From Amoebidium appalachense (taxonomy: Eukaryota > Protista > Ichthyosporea): 64,000 nucleotides of DNA. The notes below the pieces were generated by a model. That model made no database searches, was not told the origin of the DNA, and was given only the letters and a program-made list of their open reading frames with translations. The translations under genes and the position numbers were made by a program. Location of the stretch: the NCBI GenBank assembly GCA_963693365.1, contig CAVNZM010000004.1, positions 1,795,449 to 1,859,448 of the forward strand, read 5' to 3'. This document shows, piece after piece, positions 59,387-64,000 of the stretch; the stretch's first letter is position 1, and each line of letters begins with the position of its first letter.

Positions 59387-60038
59387 TTCTCCCCCCCCCC
59401 CCCCCCCCCCCCCACCTCCCCCTATGTAGTCAAGATTCATTGTTATCTTCCCCCTAAATACATAAAAATTGGGATCATCATAATATGTGTGTGTGTTTTA
59501 ACGAGGGAAAGGGGGGAGGGGGGGGGAGGGGGGAGGGGGGGCTGTGATGGGCTTTCGGATTCCGGGCTGGGTCTTTGTCACTATGTTTGTCAACACAAAA
59601 CTCAAAGTTTATTAGTGAGCTTCGTACACAAGGTGATAACATTCAATCAGCGGACAGCGGAAGCGCAAATTTCAAATGGCTCCGGATCCCGACCTGACAC
59701 AGTGCAGTTGGATGTACACTCGTACGAAAGTTTCACGTGTGACTATTCTACAATTGTTCTAATGCAAATGCTGCTATGATATTTGAATAATATCAAGCTA
59801 TTGCTTCTTATACCGTACTAATATAATGTAAACATAGAGGCATGCGTCCGTGGCAAGCAAGGGCAACAAAAACAAGTTATCCTAATAACAAACTTCAGCC
59901 GATAGCTATCTATGTCTTAGCTAGCTATACCTGTAGATGGAAAATATAGGATAGGAAGATTTCGTCCCGGTCTCTAGTACATACATGTATATTCTCCTTT
60001 TCTATGATACATATGTTTATATATACGGCGCCAAGTGG

Positions 60039-60422
60039 TTACGGGGAGTTGTAGTAGAATGGCTTGCAGCAGTAGTCGTATGTGCAGTGCTCGGTGGAGG
60101 TGCCACGGGGCTTGCAGCGGAGCACACCGCCTGTCTTGGGGTCTTTCTCGTATGTGGACCCCGGCTGACACGTAACGACCGTGTTGCAGGGCACGTACGA
60201 AGGAGGCACGGCGCAGCAGTAGTCGATGGTGCAGGGCTGTGTGGTGCCTGTACGGGGCTTGCACCGCATGATGCCGTGGGTCTTGGGGTCCTTCTTGTAG
60301 ACGTTGCAGTCGACCTTGGTGTCACACGTGACAAAAGAGGACGTGGTCTCGCGGCGTGCCGCATCGGCTGTACTGACGGCTACGAGGGCGGCAAAGGCAG
60401 CGAAGACGACCTTCATCACCAT
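60039..60422 (-). CDS. Small secreted cysteine-rich protein (copy A), 127 aa
   Basis: aaaATG start, hydrophobic signal-like N-terminus, two internal 6-Cys repeats, strongly C/G-ending codons, and a near-identical copy at 61017-61400. Confidence 0.85.
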   Translation of the reverse strand: MVMKVVFAAFAALVAVSTADAARRETTSSFVTCDTKVDCNVYKKDPKTHGIMRCKPRTGTTQPCTIDYCCAVPPSYVPCNTVVTCQPGSTYEKDPKTGGVLRCKPRGTSTEHCTYDYCCKPFYYNSP

Positions 60423-60515
60423 TTTCTTTGGTTTGGTGCGGTATTTATCTCCTAAGTTCCGAAAAGTATTTGTTTTCTGTTGCGATTTGTTCTTGGACTG
60501 CCCTTGCAGCGCGCG

Positions 60516-60563
60516 TTTATATATTGCTTTATATGTTCCCCCCAGAAAGCTGAAGAACCAATC
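60516..60563 (-). promoter_or_regulatory. Putative TATA box (TATATAAA on minus strand) and nearby CCAAT element upstream of copy A
   Basis: tttatata at 60516-60523, about 95 nt upstream of the ATG; ccaat at 60559-60563. Confidence 0.4.
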
Positions 60564-61016
60564 AGATTACAGTTCAGATTCTTCCTGGATCTAGATATCT
60601 TGTTGTTGGCAACTTGAATAAACCGTTGGTTCAATGCCATCTCCATGTACAGGTTCTATGACCCGGAAAAAGCTAAAAACCGCGTTGTTTCATCACTGCT
60701 TTTGTTTAGTGCAACTTTAGAGCCCTTCGGTGTGTTGTAAACGACTTGGTGGCGCTGCTTTTTTTGCTCACGTTCGTTCATGATGGGCATTCCAGAAGAC
60801 ATTCCAGAAAGCCTTCTATGAGATAGCATTGATTTGATTGGTGCGTCTGTTTTGACAGATTACGACTGACACTGATTGGCTTATGCTCTCCCAACAGCGA
60901 GTATTTATCAGATTCAATGCACTCAGTTGACCAGTTCATTCCTGTTCATTCCCCAATATACACTTCGGTTTACTGAGTCGACAGTTCACTTCGATCGAGA
61001 ATTCCATTCACGTAAA

Positions 61017-61400
61017 ATGGTGATGAAGGTCGTTTTCGCTGCCTTTGCCGCCCTTGCGGCCGCCAGCACAGCCGATGCGGCACGCCGCGAGACCACGTCC
61101 TCTTTTGTCACGTGTGACACCAAGGTCGACTGCAACGTCTACAAGAAGGACCCCAAGACCCACGGCATCATGCGCTGCAAGCCCCGTACAGGCACCACAC
61201 AGCCCTGCACCATCGACTACTGCTGCGCCGTGCCGCCCTCGTACGTGCCCTGCAACACGGTCGTCACGTGTCTGCCGGGGTCCACATACGAGAAAGACCC
61301 CAAGACAGGCGGCGTGCTCCCCTGCAAGCCCCGCGGCACCTCCACCGAGCACTGCACATACGACTACTGCTGTAAGCCATTCTACTACAACTCACCCTAA
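61017..61400 (+). CDS. Small secreted cysteine-rich protein (copy B), 127 aa
   Basis: 123/127 aa identical to copy A; aaaATG at 61017, TAA ending at 61400. Confidence 0.85.
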   Translation: MVMKVVFAAFAALAAASTADAARRETTSSFVTCDTKVDCNVYKKDPKTHGIMRCKPRTGTTQPCTIDYCCAVPPSYVPCNTVVTCLPGSTYEKDPKTGGVLPCKPRGTSTEHCTYDYCCKPFYYNSP

Positions 61401-61814
61401 GAAAAGAAGGTCGAGTCATACATAGTATGTATGTTTGAAATATTAATTACCTCATATACCTTACTCATTTTCTCGGTCCTCTATCCTGAGATTTGAATAT
61501 TATGCACACCGCGTGCCACCGGTGCAACCTAATGTACATGTGCAGTTTGCAGCATACACATGTACAGTCATGTTATATAAATATGGACCACACTTGAGCG
61601 TGGCACTCAATGATTCCTCCTCCTATAATGGAAATTCAACAATAAAGATAATAGCCACGGTTACGAAACACAGTTTATGCTCTGTGAACAGTCTTGCAAT
61701 TGTGAGTAGTACTATGACTATGATCGTACTACTAGTGTTTACTGTTATTGAGGTCCTTAAAATTTCTGCAGTGTCGATCAACGGGACAATGTGTGTATGT
61801 GTGTAATCGTGTAT

Positions 61815-61973
<159 letters not shown>

Positions 61974-62016
61974 ATGTGTCTGTGTCTGTGTGTGTCACTG
62001 TGTGGTGCGTGTGCAT

Positions 62017-62128
<112 letters not shown>

Positions 62129-62413
62129 TAGTATATTTTCGAAGGAGGAGGAGTTGGGGAAGTGGACAGGGGAGGGCAAGGAAGAACTCCATCACACTGC
62201 GAACGTGCCGGCGCCACATTCATGGTTATCTCTTCATCGTGTTGGTTACTAACAATACCCTCCTCTTTTGCTGAGCCCCTTTTAACTCGTCTTCCTCAGC
62301 TAGCAGAAAGCAAAAAATAAAAAAAGCTCTGATCCGCCCGCATCCCCCCCCCTTCCCCTCCCCCTCTCCTCCTCCCCTCCTTTCCTCCAGGCCCGGACCG
62401 GATCCCATCCAGA

Positions 62414-62451
<38 letters not shown>

Positions 62452-63599
62452 CCCCCCCCCCCCCTCCCCCTCTCCTGGTCCTCCCACTCAATCTCTCTCA
62501 ATCCGAACCGCTCGCACCGTTCAAGTAAGCCGAGAGACATTGCTGCGTCCACTCAGTTTTCAAAACAACCTTGCCTCTATCATAATAATATTGATCAGAA
62601 GGTATATGTCAGTGCAAATTCATACGAGGTATCATGCGACGACAACTAAAAGATGTAATAATCATAGGACCAACAATAAACACGGTGCACTGACTACCAC
62701 CAAGACAGCTTCTCTTCTATCATTTGACCCGACAGCAAGAAATGTCGTCGTTCGTCGTTGTAACAGTAACTACTGGGCCTTTGCCTTTGTATTACACATG
62801 AATCATGACATGATGCATCATGCAGGCGGCGGGTGCACCCAGTTCGTGCTTTTGACGTACGTGGCAATATTGCAATTTTCTTGAATGTAGATGGCCGCTT
62901 TTCTCACGGCGTAACAAAATACCATGACAAGGGCATTATCAAGTAATGCACGTACGGCGTGGTCGTGCGGCCACGCAAAACATGTTGAAGCTGACACTTG
63001 GCAGGCAAGAAACTGGCGACGAATCGATGGATCAAATCAAGATGCATACCATTGAATAAACAAACTTTCCAACATCCAATCCGATTTCCGACTCGCACGA
63101 CAAAGAAATATTCCTTTTCTTGAGCCTTTTTTTCCAGTGTACACCTTTAATTTGATAATTGATATGCCTTGATATGTATATAGCATGTATGTAAATATTG
63201 CCATAATATAGTCTTTACAAGCCAGAAAATCTTTATATTGTGTTTAATTTACAAAGGATAATGTGCTGTCCGATCACCTGCATACAAAGTGATAAGACGT
63301 CGCCTTGTCCCCATAATTACTGTTCATTTATATCCTTGACCAATCATATGGCTAGGACGTTACGACCTAATCATCATATCAAATCATCACGAAGCGTCAC
63401 ACTTCTTGCAAGTATATAAACAGCACCAGCACATCCAACCCTCTCATCAGTTCAAAATCAAAGCCCCAAGTTGACTTTGCAGCAAAAAGAACAGCACACG
63501 GCTCGCTTTCTGCCATAGCCTTCCTGTACACTACCTGGCTAGCTATATTTATTACGCATATTCGCTCAGCATATTTTCCTGCCACGCACACACACAACC

Positions 63600-64000
63600 A
63601 TGCAGCTCATCGTCGTCGGCGCTCTTTTGGCCCTCTCAGCCCACCAAACAGAGGCCAATTGGGGTCCCAACACATGGTGGGGATGGAATCCATCCAACAC
63701 AGCCACGGTCACAACCAAGACCACTAGCGCCCCCGCGGCCAACAACTGGGGCTGGGGATGGAACTGGGGCAGCAACTGGGGCCCATGGGGGGTGAAGCCA
63801 GCAGGGGCCAACCTGTGGGGGTCATGCCTTCAGGGCCATTGGCAGTGGCGCACGGGCTGCCGCGCCATTCCCGAGTGTGCGCCCGGGCAGGCCTGGAAGG
63901 GCTGGGCGTCCGGCTGCTGCAAAAACGACTGCCCGATCAACCAGACGTGGGACCCACGCACCGGCCGCTGCTGCGCCGTGCCCACGTGTCCTGCCGGCCA
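63600..64000 (+). CDS. Secreted Trp/Gly/Asn-rich and Cys-rich protein, runs off the window end
   Basis: accATG at 63600, open to the end: MQLIVVGALLALSAHQTEA-NWGPNTWWGWNP...NNWGWGWNWGSNWGPWG...CRAIPECAPGQAWKGWASGCCKNDCPINQTWDPRTGRCCAVPTCPAG. Signal-like N-terminus and C/G-biased third positions. Confidence 0.8.
   Translation, partial: MQLIVVGALLALSAHQTEANWGPNTWWGWNPSNTATVTTKTTSAPAANNWGWGWNWGSNWGPWGVKPAGANLWGSCLQGHWQWRTGCRAIPECAPGQAWKGWASGCCKNDCPINQTWDPRTGRCCAVPTCPAG

Overview
Eukaryotic, intron-rich genomic DNA. The gene set (G-alpha, RGS, Zn-type ALAD, COQ4, RWDD1) would fit a unicellular opisthokont/holozoan, but that is inference only. Introns are full of (CA/GT)n, (CT/AG)n and long G/C homopolymers, so most entries in the ORF track are low-complexity artefacts. 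Splicing exons by hand with GT-AG boundaries and frame checks gave these models: 3' end of RWDD1/Gir2 (+); a 434-aa Cys/His-repeat plus Gig2-like (PARP-type H-Y-E) ADP-ribosyltransferase (-); D-cysteine desulfhydrase/ACC-deaminase-like enzyme (+); a 633-aa G-alpha with a divergent G5 motif and a ~280-aa C-terminal tail (+); COQ4 (-); MPPE1/PGAP5-like metallophosphoesterase (+); ALAD/HEM2 (-); NUDT5-like Nudix hydrolase (+); an intronless RGS protein (-); an inverted pair of near-identical secreted 12-Cys proteins; and the start of a Trp/Cys-rich secreted protein. Non-coding points of interest are a 354-bp MITE, a ~75-bp intronic element always seen on the host gene's sense strand, and tandem duplications just upstream of several 3' splice sites. 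All models and homology calls come from reading motifs by eye; no searches were run.
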